Source: an uncultured archaeon (GTDB lineage: Archaea > Asgardarchaeota > Lokiarchaeia > Sigyniarchaeales > SOKP01). Taken from it: a stretch of 55,434 bases of DNA. A model generated the notes under the pieces. The model was given only the letters and a program-made list of their open reading frames with translations, did no database searches and was not told where the DNA came from. The stretch spans positions 1-55,434 of the forward strand of contig CAZWEM010000030.1 of NCBI GenBank assembly GCA_964632315.1. Reading direction: 5' to 3'. The position numbers were made by a program, and so were the translations under genes. This document shows, piece after piece, positions 38,465 to 47,477 of this stretch (position 1 is the first letter of the stretch; each line of letters begins with the position of its first letter).

Positions 38465-39937
38465 GTGAACATAAGAAATAGTTATATGAGTATCTCTACC
38501 AAGCAAAAAATTATGGATAAGATGCGAAGAGGATATACCCCCGTAGAACTAAGTCCAAAAGCGGATTTAACATCGACCTACAAAAACTTATTCAAACCAC
38601 TAGTGAATCGAAAAGATTTCAATTTCTTGTTTGAGCTTTTTGATACTAATGAAGTGATCCTGCGAGCATGGAGTTTTTTAGGGTTACATCATATTCTGGA
38701 GGAATATTCTGTCTATCAAGAAGAAAGAATAAAAAAAATTCAAGAGATAATTCTTGAAGTCTTGAAAGATGAAAGAGAAATTATTTATTATGGTGGTTCT
38801 AATGAACTCCGAACCTCATTACGTGAACATCATGTTAGGAGAATTTGCGAATTAGATAAAAAATTATGCCTTGAACCTGCTCTTGAATATTCTACCTCAT
38901 TTGAAAGAATAACTGACAGTGTAGTTACTGATTTGGTTGAGAATGTGATCTCTAAATATGCAGAATCTGATGTTGAACCACTAATATTAGAACTTGCTGG
39001 TAACACGAGTATTAAAGATTTCCATTTGAAGGATCAAATGGTTAAGGCTTTTGAGAACTTATCAAAAGTAACTGAAATGAAAAAAAAAGACGAAATCACG
39101 ACTCTTTTTAAAGAATACTTAAAACAAATTAAAGAAAATAAGATCTCTGACCAAGATTTCTTGAAAAATGTTAAATCTCTTCAAGAAAACATTTTTAGAG
39201 TTGCTGCAATATTAGGGTTAGATCTTGAAGAAGAAACATTAGAATTCATAAACTCTTTAATGTATCCATATGGTTCACTAGATGTTATAGCAAAAAGATA
39301 TAAGTCTAATGAAAAGTTTATATCAATAATTTCTAAAAAGCTAAAAGAAAGCAATAATCCACACTTCATATCTGAAATTTTAAAAGCAGTTTTAGTCATA
39401 AAAGATAAAATAGATAACTGGCAAAAATTGATCTTAGATAAAGTGAAAGAATTTCACATAGTAGATGCTAATCTTATTGACGACATGCAAAAATCAGAAC
39501 TTATCGACCAAAGTTTAATCTTAAAACTATTAGAAGAAGGAAATGAATGGTCATTAGGGTTTATAAGAGAATTTTTCATTGATAATCCAAAAATTCTTGA
39601 AAAATGGCAAAATGTTAAACAAGAGTTCATAAAAATACTTAAAATGACTAAAGAGGGGTCAGAAGATTTTAACACGATTATAAGTAAGAAGGAACTCGTT
39701 TTTAAATTGATTATAGACTTAGAGGAACAAGATTTAGTCAATTACTGCCTAAATAACTTTAATATCTTGAACGATGATAATTTGAAGAAAATGGCAATTT
39801 TCCCAATACTCAAATTTGGCAAAGAAAGTCTCATGTTAGAGCTGAAAGAACAGATGAAACAAGATGCGAAAATGGCTAATTTTGTCTTGAATTTTATCGA
39901 GAGTTTGGATCGAAATGATTGGAAATTCTTTTATTGA
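38465..39937 (+). CDS. Hypothetical alpha-helical (HEAT/ARM-like) protein
   Basis: 490-aa ORF rich in amphipathic L/I/E/K helices; no catalytic motif. Confidence 0.7.
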   Translation: MNIRNSYMSISTKQKIMDKMRRGYTPVELSPKADLTSTYKNLFKPLVNRKDFNFLFELFDTNEVILRAWSFLGLHHILEEYSVYQEERIKKIQEIILEVLKDEREIIYYGGSNELRTSLREHHVRRICELDKKLCLEPALEYSTSFERITDSVVTDLVENVISKYAESDVEPLILELAGNTSIKDFHLKDQMVKAFENLSKVTEMKKKDEITTLFKEYLKQIKENKISDQDFLKNVKSLQENIFRVAAILGLDLEEETLEFINSLMYPYGSLDVIAKRYKSNEKFISIISKKLKESNNPHFISEILKAVLVIKDKIDNWQKLILDKVKEFHIVDANLIDDMQKSELIDQSLILKLLEEGNEWSLGFIREFFIDNPKILEKWQNVKQEFIKILKMTKEGSEDFNTIISKKELVFKLIIDLEEQDLVNYCLNNFNILNDDNLKKMAIFPILKFGKESLMLELKEQMKQDAKMANFVLNFIESLDRNDWKFFY

Positions 39938-39950
39938 AATTTAATTTCAT

Positions 39951-41513
39951 ATGCATATGATTCCGATAATCCCATTGCCAGTAAAATGGGCTCAAGCTGA
40001 AGGTAGTTTCACTTTCTCTTCTGAAGTGAAAATCCTTATTACTGACCAACTTAGCGACTTAGTAGAATATGTAAACGAGTGGATCTCGACTATATTAGGC
40101 TTTAAATTAGAACAAATTAATTCAGAAAGTTCTATAAAAAGAATTGAATTTAAGCTTGATTCTTCCTTAAATAGGCTAGGAGACGAGGGATATCGGTTAG
40201 AAATTGCATCTAATATTATTTCAATTCAAGGACACACGCTTCATGGAATTTTTTATGGAATTCAATCATTCTTACAATTACTCGTGTCAGCTAGGGAATC
40301 AAATGAAATTAAGTTACCCTTGATTTTCATAGAGGATTATCCTCGTTTCGAATGGCGTGGATTCATGCTAGATGTAAGTAGGCATTATCATCCAGTAGAA
40401 ACTATAAAAAAGATACTACAAATAATGGCACTCCTAAAAATGAATCGATTTCACTGGCATATTAATGATGATCAGGGCTGGAGACTCGAAATTCCAGATT
40501 ATCCTCTACTTACTGAGATCGGATCCAAGCGTAAAGACACCCAAATTGGAGGATTTTTATCAAAAAAATATCGCGGCGAATCTCATCAAGGATTTTATAC
40601 AAAAGAGGATGTAAAAGAAATCATTCAATTTGCTCAAAAAAGATACATTCAAGTTATCCCTGAATTGGAACTACCTGGACACTGCTCGGCTGTTATTGCT
40701 TCTTATCCAGAATTAAGCTGTAGGGGTAAACAAATTGAAGTGAAAACTAAATCGGGAATTTTTAAAGATGTCTATTGCCCCGGAAAAGAAAAAACTTTCA
40801 CTTTTTTAGAAAATATATTAAATATACTGATTGAATTGTTCCCAAGCGATACGATTCACATAGGAGGGGATGAAACTCCAAAAGGAAGATGGAAAGAATG
40901 TATCGCTTGCCAATCTCGCATTAAAAATGAAAACTTAAAGAATGAAGAAGTTTTGTATGACTATTTTATTAACAGAATCGTTGTTCTTCTAAAATCAAAG
41001 GGAAGAAAATGTATTGGGTGGAACCAAATTCTCAGTCCCTCCTTGGATAAATCTGTAATCATTCAATGGTGGATGGGGAAAAAGAGAGATTTAACCAAGA
41101 GCCTAAAACAAGGAAGAAAGATTGTCAGATCAAGTATATCTCATAGCTATTTAGATTACAACTATTTACTATTTCCAATGCATCGATTCTATAATTATGA
41201 ACCAATTCCAAAAAAATTGGAACGAGAATATCATGCTAACGTTTTGGGAATAGAAGCAGCATTATGGACCGAATGGGTTCCAAACTTGGAAAGATTAGGA
41301 TGGCAGGCTTTTCCACGCTTGATTGCTTCGGCTGAAGTTGGTTGGACGCAAAGAAATCTTAAAAATTATAAAGACTTTAAGCGACGAGTATCAATTATAG
41401 TCGAATTCTTAAAACTCTTGAAGATCTCTTATGGTGAAATCAAAGAAGTGGATCCGCCCTTCTTAAAAAGAATGTTCCAGTTTTATAAGTGGTTTAAATG
41501 GCCAAAAGTTTAG
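39951..41513 (+). CDS. Beta-N-acetylhexosaminidase (GH20)
   Basis: DYPRFEWRGFMLDVSRH, FHWHINDDQGWR, HIGGDE catalytic motif, LWTE. Confidence 0.95.
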   Translation: MHMIPIIPLPVKWAQAEGSFTFSSEVKILITDQLSDLVEYVNEWISTILGFKLEQINSESSIKRIEFKLDSSLNRLGDEGYRLEIASNIISIQGHTLHGIFYGIQSFLQLLVSARESNEIKLPLIFIEDYPRFEWRGFMLDVSRHYHPVETIKKILQIMALLKMNRFHWHINDDQGWRLEIPDYPLLTEIGSKRKDTQIGGFLSKKYRGESHQGFYTKEDVKEIIQFAQKRYIQVIPELELPGHCSAVIASYPELSCRGKQIEVKTKSGIFKDVYCPGKEKTFTFLENILNILIELFPSDTIHIGGDETPKGRWKECIACQSRIKNENLKNEEVLYDYFINRIVVLLKSKGRKCIGWNQILSPSLDKSVIIQWWMGKKRDLTKSLKQGRKIVRSSISHSYLDYNYLLFPMHRFYNYEPIPKKLEREYHANVLGIEAALWTEWVPNLERLGWQAFPRLIASAEVGWTQRNLKNYKDFKRRVSIIVEFLKLLKISYGEIKEVDPPFLKRMFQFYKWFKWPKV

Positions 41514-41783
41514 CTCTTTAAGCAAATTCAATTGAAAACTAAAGATAACTTATTGAAACATGGATTGAATAAGATAATCCAAAATATTGTGATGATTTGG
41601 CTTTTAAATCTTGAATTACATTGAATTCTTAATGTTAAGCATATAATTGACTTGCTATTTAAATATATATCACTCAAGGTTCTTTTTTTCATTTTGGTTA
41701 TTCTATCCTTAATATATCTGAGGTTAATGGATTCTAGTAATTTGGATAAATATAGGAACATTTTCATTTGAATTTAATATGGC

Positions 41784-42227
41784 TCAATAATGAAATAATT
41801 TAAAGTTGAAAGTGAGCAATTCAGAGTCATTTTTTCCCATTTTCAGCTCAGCGATTAATGTTTGAGGATCCTTACGAGTATAAGAAAGACGCATGTAATT
41901 CTGAGAATCATCGTGAATGAAAAGTGCATAAGTGTTCTCAATTCCTTTCAATTTGAAAGAGATAAATTCTTCTTTATCCTCATGGGAATAGAAATTTTGG
42001 TCAAAATGCCTTAAATTTAAAAAAATCTTATCTCCCTTTTGATTAATGGACACGAATTCCAATATTGAGGGAACTTCACCTTTAAACCATCGAAACATGC
42101 CCATCATTGATTTTCCATAAACACTGCTCCATATTTCTTCGACGAAATCCCCATCAATTGAACCCTGCCAATGGCCAGATAACCAATTCAAATCTGTTAT
42201 TTTCATATTGAAATCTATTGTTTTCAA
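41784..42227 (-). CDS. DUF6265-like beta-barrel protein
   Basis: DLNWLSGHWQG....EEIWS...G.SMMGMFR, LRHF. Confidence 0.75.
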   Translation of the reverse strand: MKTIDFNMKITDLNWLSGHWQGSIDGDFVEEIWSSVYGKSMMGMFRWFKGEVPSILEFVSINQKGDKIFLNLRHFDQNFYSHEDKEEFISFKLKGIENTYALFIHDDSQNYMRLSYTRKDPQTLIAELKMGKNDSELLTFNFKLFHY

Positions 42228-42554
42228 TCTTAATATTTATTATGTTTTCATTTGAAATCTGGAAAAATTATCCATACTAACTATACATCAGTTCAATCTC
42301 TTTGGTTATTGGTTTTAATTTATTTAGTTTGAGATAAATTTATCTTATCAATTCGACTAATTTCTCTTCAGACAATTGATGCAGTTTTTTATCTGAATAT
42401 TACTTCAACATTTCCTCATAGAGAGTATTATAATTAGTAATTTCTAATTGCAAAAGCAATTTTCTTATCGTTGGTCTGTTAAAAAAACAAGGCATTTTAT
42501 CTTAACCTCAATATAATTTGTATAAGGTATTATCATTAAATATTATGAAACTAT

Positions 42555-43640
42555 TTAATCTATATTTATGGGATAATGTCCATATTTTTCAATTGCATTC
42601 GGAATTGCTAAGATATTTGGCATGGAGACACCCCATGGAAGGCTGCAAACTGGGCAGCAGATATACCTTCCTCCAGGAGCTAAATTTATGATGTTTTCTT
42701 TTACCTTTTCTTCAACATCTGCAGGAGTTCCGGTGAGCATTTCGCGACTCACATCGATATTAGCACCGATAATCGCTATTTTTGGATGGTTTTTTTTAAA
42801 ATTAATCCAATATTCAATATCTAATGGATGACTCCCATTCACGGCAATAAAATCAATTTCTTTAACAACTTCAGTGAAATATGGTGCAGTTCCACAGTTA
42901 TGAAGCATGAAAGGAACCTTTATTTTATCCATCATTCTCTTAATAAACTGACCTTCATAGCGCATGGCATCTTGGAAACTCATCATGTGGCGGTTAAATG
43001 AGTATCCTGCGATAAAAACATTAGGAGGCATGCCAACAATTTCAAGCCAATTCTCGTAAAGATCCATTTGAGATTCATAAACCTTTTCGCACAGTTTTAG
43101 CAGCAAATCCGGATTTCTGCGCATGTCCTTATAAGCTTCTATGCCTCGTAACTCGTGTACAACAGACCAAATGCTTAAGCTAATTACTTGAGGAAACTTA
43201 GTTTTTTCATTAATTAGTTTTGCTGTTGTGAGAGAATTTTTCCACAAGTTGTTTTTACCATGGTCTGGAATCTCCAGATTATCGATATCCTCTTCATTTT
43301 TACAGATATCTCCTTGTTTGCACATTAAAGGCTGATAATCAAACCATTTAATCGCATCTAACTTATTATTTGCTTCCGCAAATGCTAAAGCTTCACTTGG
43401 CCCTGCATAAGCGTTTGGAACATTTATGGAATCAGCATTCAAAAATTCAAAGGTGGATATAATAGCGTTTGCATACATCTTTGGGGAACTATATAACTCT
43501 TTCACTGTTTTTCCAGTCACTCGACAAATCATTTGCTCTCCAGCAAAGGCAAGAAATGGAACTTTATCCACTCTTTTTGATCCTGATATTGTTCTAAATA
43601 TTCTATTTACAGAAGCGGCCCAATCTTTAACCAAGTTCAT
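42555..43640 (-). CDS. Uroporphyrinogen decarboxylase family / MtaA-like methylcobamide methyltransferase (MT2)
   Basis: D.VP, LRG...KDM..NP, LHNCG (HxC), GTPADVEE, PGGRYICCPVC; overlaps the corrinoid gene. Confidence 0.85.
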   Translation of the reverse strand: MNLVKDWAASVNRIFRTISGSKRVDKVPFLAFAGEQMICRVTGKTVKELYSSPKMYANAIISTFEFLNADSINVPNAYAGPSEALAFAEANNKLDAIKWFDYQPLMCKQGDICKNEEDIDNLEIPDHGKNNLWKNSLTTAKLINEKTKFPQVISLSIWSVVHELRGIEAYKDMRRNPDLLLKLCEKVYESQMDLYENWLEIVGMPPNVFIAGYSFNRHMMSFQDAMRYEGQFIKRMMDKIKVPFMLHNCGTAPYFTEVVKEIDFIAVNGSHPLDIEYWINFKKNHPKIAIIGANIDVSREMLTGTPADVEEKVKENIINLAPGGRYICCPVCSLPWGVSMPNILAIPNAIEKYGHYPINID

Positions 43641-44290
43641 TCCCCTCCAGAATTTAAAAGTAGGTTATTTATTTTTTTGACTCCTTCCCAGCCATCTTTA
43701 GCATAGTCATCTGCCCCTACCATCTCACAAGATTCTCTTGATAATATTCCACCACCAATGATAATTCGAGACGTGATGTTCTCACTCTTTAGTAATTGTA
43801 CTGTTTCTACCATTTTAGAGATGCTCATCGTCATTAACCCGCTTAAACCAATTAAAATAGGATTAATTTCTTTAGCCTTTTCAAGAAACACCTGTGGAGG
43901 GACATCCGAACCCAGATCAACAACATTAAAGCCTTGTCCTTGCAAAAGTGAAACTACTAAGCACTTTCCTATGTCATGGACGTCTCCCTCTACTGTGCCA
44001 ATTAATATGGTCCCTTTTGATTCTATTTCAGATTTTTTGTTTAATGATTTCTTTAATAGTTCAGTAGCAGCATTAATGGCATCTCCCGTCATGAGTAGAT
44101 CGGGAAGAAAGTACTCATCCTCTTCATATAATTTTCCAGCTTCTTCAGCACCTTTGAGTATTGCTCCATTTAAAATTTCCTTGGCTTGTATCCCCATTTT
44201 GATTGATTCTTTAACCAATTCAATAGCTTTATTTGTATCCCCTATTAAAATTGCTCCCTTTAATTTTTCTAACGATTCTTTTTCTTTCAT
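43637..44290 (-). CDS. Corrinoid (B12-binding) methyltransferase protein, MtaC/MttC-like
   Basis: YFLPDLL cap domain; GTVEGDVHDIGK (DxHxxG), DLGSDVP, SGLMT, IIGGG, GADDY. Confidence 0.93.
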   Translation of the reverse strand: MKEKESLEKLKGAILIGDTNKAIELVKESIKMGIQAKEILNGAILKGAEEAGKLYEEDEYFLPDLLMTGDAINAATELLKKSLNKKSEIESKGTILIGTVEGDVHDIGKCLVVSLLQGQGFNVVDLGSDVPPQVFLEKAKEINPILIGLSGLMTMSISKMVETVQLLKSENITSRIIIGGGILSRESCEMVGADDYAKDGWEGVKKINNLLLNSGGE

Positions 44291-44329
44291 AATCAACGCA
44301 ATATAATTTTTAATCTTTTAATTGAAAAT

Positions 44330-45088
44330 TTAATATATCTTAGGTATTAATTTGTATTTCACCTTTTCCCTATATTCCTTGTAGCCTGCAAGACCATTGA
44401 TAAGCATTTTTTCCTCAAATATGATTCTGATTGCAAGAAAAATGATAGCCAGAATAGCAGGAATAAGGGCATACCATGAACCTAACCCTAAAACAACAGA
44501 AAGCATCATGAGAGCAAACCCAGAATACATGGGATGCCGAACAATTTCATATGGTCCCGTATCAATAACTTTCTGACCTGAATCCTCGCGAATATCTAAT
44601 ACTTTAGAAGCAAATGCGTTTTCAAGCATTACACGATAAATAATATAAAAAGAGAGAGGAAGTAATGCAAAACCAATGATTTCTGACCAGATCCAAGGTA
44701 TTGACCAGTGAAATCTCTTATCGAAAGCGGGTACAATAAATACTAGTAAGAAAAGAATGCTAAAAAGGGGGAATATAATTTTATCGGTTGCTGATGCTTT
44801 TTTAACTTCTTTTTTATCTTCACTCATCTCATTTTCTTTTTTGCGGAAGGCTTGCTTTTTCATTTTCATGCGATTAATTAGGATTTCAGGATTTTTATTA
44901 TTGAGTGAAATGAAGATGAAACAAAACGAAACAAAAAAAATAGCAAGGTACACCCATCCTTCCACCCAGAAAAACGTTCCAGCGGGCCAAAATAATAAAG
45001 GCATTTGAATAACAGTCGCAAATATGATTGCAACCACTAAAAGTGGAGTATTGAACTTTTTTTCTGATTGATTCTCTTTCTCAGACGT
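44330..45088 (-). CDS. Isoprenylcysteine carboxylmethyltransferase/PEMT family membrane methyltransferase (probable ACG or ATC start)
   Basis: ENAFAS...QKVIDTGPY..VRHPMYSG, EEKML...GY.EY..KV.YKLIP. The frame is open to 45094 with GGTGA at 45099-45095. Confidence 0.88.
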   Translation of the reverse strand, partial: TSEKENQSEKKFNTPLLVVAIIFATVIQMPLLFWPAGTFFWVEGWVYLAIFFVSFCFIFISLNNKNPEILINRMKMKKQAFRKKENEMSEDKKEVKKASATDKIIFPLFSILFLLVFIVPAFDKRFHWSIPWIWSEIIGFALLPLSFYIIYRVMLENAFASKVLDIREDSGQKVIDTGPYEIVRHPMYSGFALMMLSVVLGLGSWYALIPAILAIIFLAIRIIFEEKMLINGLAGYKEYREKVKYKLIPKIY

Positions 45089-45254
45089 TTGGATTCACCG
45101 AATATTAGTAATAATTTATTTTAATTTAGTATACTTTCAAATTTGTTGGCTTAATTTATTAATCTTTTTAAAGTATAGATTCTAAAGATATTCCTCAAAA
45201 TGCTAATGAGTAATGAAATTAATTGAAATACTATTCTCTTTACTCTTTAGAAAT

Positions 45255-45815
45255 TTAGTCTGAAGTTTGGGTACTTTTTTTTGGCATTCCTAAATATCTT
45301 GGGGTATTTTGTAGGTATTCTTTATATGAATCCCCATACTTTTTAAGTAGAAATTTTTCCTCAAGTAAAACTGTCCAGTGAAAATAAGGAATTGTTATGA
45401 TGAAATAAATGAGAAATATGATGCTCCAGACGGATTCAGTCCAACCCATTAGAGTCAAACCTAAATACATGATTGTTGTACCAACATAAATAGGATTTCG
45501 AGAATAATGATGAATTCTAGAGGTTGTAAGTCCTTTATGATATGCAAATGAAAACAATGCAAGCTCTCCAATAACTAAACCTACAATAAATATTGGAAAT
45601 CCAATAAAAAATAATAGTCCAAAATTAACGGGAACAAAAATGCTTATTGCTAACCCTCCAAATAACCAGACCATTGCAATAACCACAATTTTTTTATCCG
45701 CAAATAAAAACTCGGGATCATCAAAAGGCTCTCCTCGTTTATGATTTGCCCATACTTGTGTAGAGTATGCAATTACATAGCTAATTCCATAAAAAATCCA
45801 TAAGTTAATAGCCAT
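45255..45815 (-). CDS. ICMT/PEMT family membrane methyltransferase
   Basis: YSRNPIYVG, EEKFL.KKYGDSYKEY..NTPRY. Confidence 0.85.
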   Translation of the reverse strand: MAINLWIFYGISYVIAYSTQVWANHKRGEPFDDPEFLFADKKIVVIAMVWLFGGLAISIFVPVNFGLLFFIGFPIFIVGLVIGELALFSFAYHKGLTTSRIHHYSRNPIYVGTTIMYLGLTLMGWTESVWSIIFLIYFIITIPYFHWTVLLEEKFLLKKYGDSYKEYLQNTPRYLGMPKKSTQTSD

Positions 45816-45864
45816 ATCATAACATCTTTCAATCGAATAAATTATTTTTTATATTAATGAAACT

Positions 45865-47289
45865 TTAATCCGTTATAGGTTTTTTTCCTCTCATAAATGA
45901 GAGTACCGCCCCAACTAGGCAAATTATTGCAGAGACAATTAATAAAACCTGCATTCCCATTGTAAATTCCGTTATTGCTGTTGGATCTGTTATTACTGTT
46001 TGATTTCCTAAAATTAGGTTTAACAGTGAAAGAGGAATGAAGAATGTCAATATAACACTTAATAAAGCCACGCTTGTTGATTGTCCTACCACACGCATGG
46101 TTGAAAGTGTTCCTGCAGCAATCCCGTGATCCCTGGGCTCTACAGAATTCATGATGGCAGAATTATTAGGGGATGAAAACAATCCAATTCCTACTCCGAC
46201 TATAAACTGAGCTATTATAATATAAATTAAGGGTAGAAATTGCAGATCAACACTTAAAATAATGAAACCAATTGCCATGATAATCAAGCCAAGTGTCGTC
46301 AAGATCCTCGTGCCCACCCTATCAGAAAGGCGTCCACTCAATGGGGCCACACTCGCCATCGTTATTGTAGTTGGTAATAAATATAAAGCTGTAATGGCTG
46401 GGGCGATTCCTAAAACTGATTGAAGATAGATAGAAAGCAAAAAACTAACTCCAGATACGGCAGTATAATTCAGTAACGCTGCAAAATTAGCAAAAGCGAA
46501 TATCTTATTTACTCTAAATAAGCTTAGTTTAAATAATGGATATCGTGTCTTACCTTCGATATAAATAAATATGATAATACTGGAAACTGATATAATGAGT
46601 AAAAGGATAACTTGAATAGAGCCCCATCCAACTTGATTAGCAATAGTCAGTGCTAAAAGTAAGGTAGCTAAAAAAGCTCCAAAAAGCAGTGTTCCTTTGA
46701 TATCAAATCTTTCTTCTTTTATTCCAGGATTTACCTTTTTTAACTTAAACCATCCCACGATTATGACAATGATTCCTATTGGTACATTTATGAAAAAAAT
46801 AAGCCTCCAAGTGAAGAATTGCACAATAAACCCTCCCAAAACTGGTCCTATAACTAAACCTAAATAGATAGTTGCCACATTAATTCCTAATGCTTTACCA
46901 GTCTCCTCTCGGGGAAAAACATCGGTTATCATTGAAGGAGCATTTGCACCAATAAATGAACTCCCAATGCCTTGCACGGCTCTAAAAATTACCAGAGTGA
47001 TTTCAAAGGTCACAAAAGTAGACAAAAAACTCGCAACGGTAAAAAGGGCGATACCGAACAAAAAAAAGGATTTCCTTCCTTTTAAATCGGATAACCTCCC
47101 AAAACTTACAAGGGTAACTGCTTGAACTAATAAATAAATTATCGGAACCCATTGAACTAATTGAAAGGAAGACCCCACTAAATCCCTTGAAAGAGCGGGA
47201 ATCGCAATGTTTACAATACTACCATCTAAAGAGGACATGAATACCCCGATGGTCGTTATTATTAAAACAACCCATTTATACCTTGCCAT
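45865..47289 (-). CDS. MFS transporter, DHA2 (EmrB/QacA-like) 14-TM
   Basis: LDGSIVNIAIP, GRLSDLKGRK, GPVLGG, WRLIFFINVPIG. Confidence 0.92.
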   Translation of the reverse strand: MARYKWVVLIITTIGVFMSSLDGSIVNIAIPALSRDLVGSSFQLVQWVPIIYLLVQAVTLVSFGRLSDLKGRKSFFLFGIALFTVASFLSTFVTFEITLVIFRAVQGIGSSFIGANAPSMITDVFPREETGKALGINVATIYLGLVIGPVLGGFIVQFFTWRLIFFINVPIGIIVIIVGWFKLKKVNPGIKEERFDIKGTLLFGAFLATLLLALTIANQVGWGSIQVILLLIISVSSIIIFIYIEGKTRYPLFKLSLFRVNKIFAFANFAALLNYTAVSGVSFLLSIYLQSVLGIAPAITALYLLPTTITMASVAPLSGRLSDRVGTRILTTLGLIIMAIGFIILSVDLQFLPLIYIIIAQFIVGVGIGLFSSPNNSAIMNSVEPRDHGIAAGTLSTMRVVGQSTSVALLSVILTFFIPLSLLNLILGNQTVITDPTAITEFTMGMQVLLIVSAIICLVGAVLSFMRGKKPITD

Positions 47290-47477
47290 TTTACTTAAAT
47301 TCTTTTTTTGGAGTTATGGTAGTAAAAATCGAGTTAATTAAAAATATTCTTCTCATGAAATATGCGTTTGAGAAATGTATCCTTATCCTAATAAAGGCAA
47401 TCTTATTATTAGGAAATAAATCAATAAAATACGGATAATTAAAAATAATAAAAGAAAAAGGAACTAAAGAGATTTAA

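Noticed and set aside
41528-41767. 79-aa minus-strand ORF downstream of the DUF6265-like gene
   Set aside because: No motif and low-complexity AT-rich composition; cannot be supported
42250-42425. Protein-like minus-strand frame broken by several stops (LYEEMLK*YSDKKLHQLSEEKLVELIR*IYLKL...)
   Set aside because: May be a decayed gene, but no family is recognisable without a search
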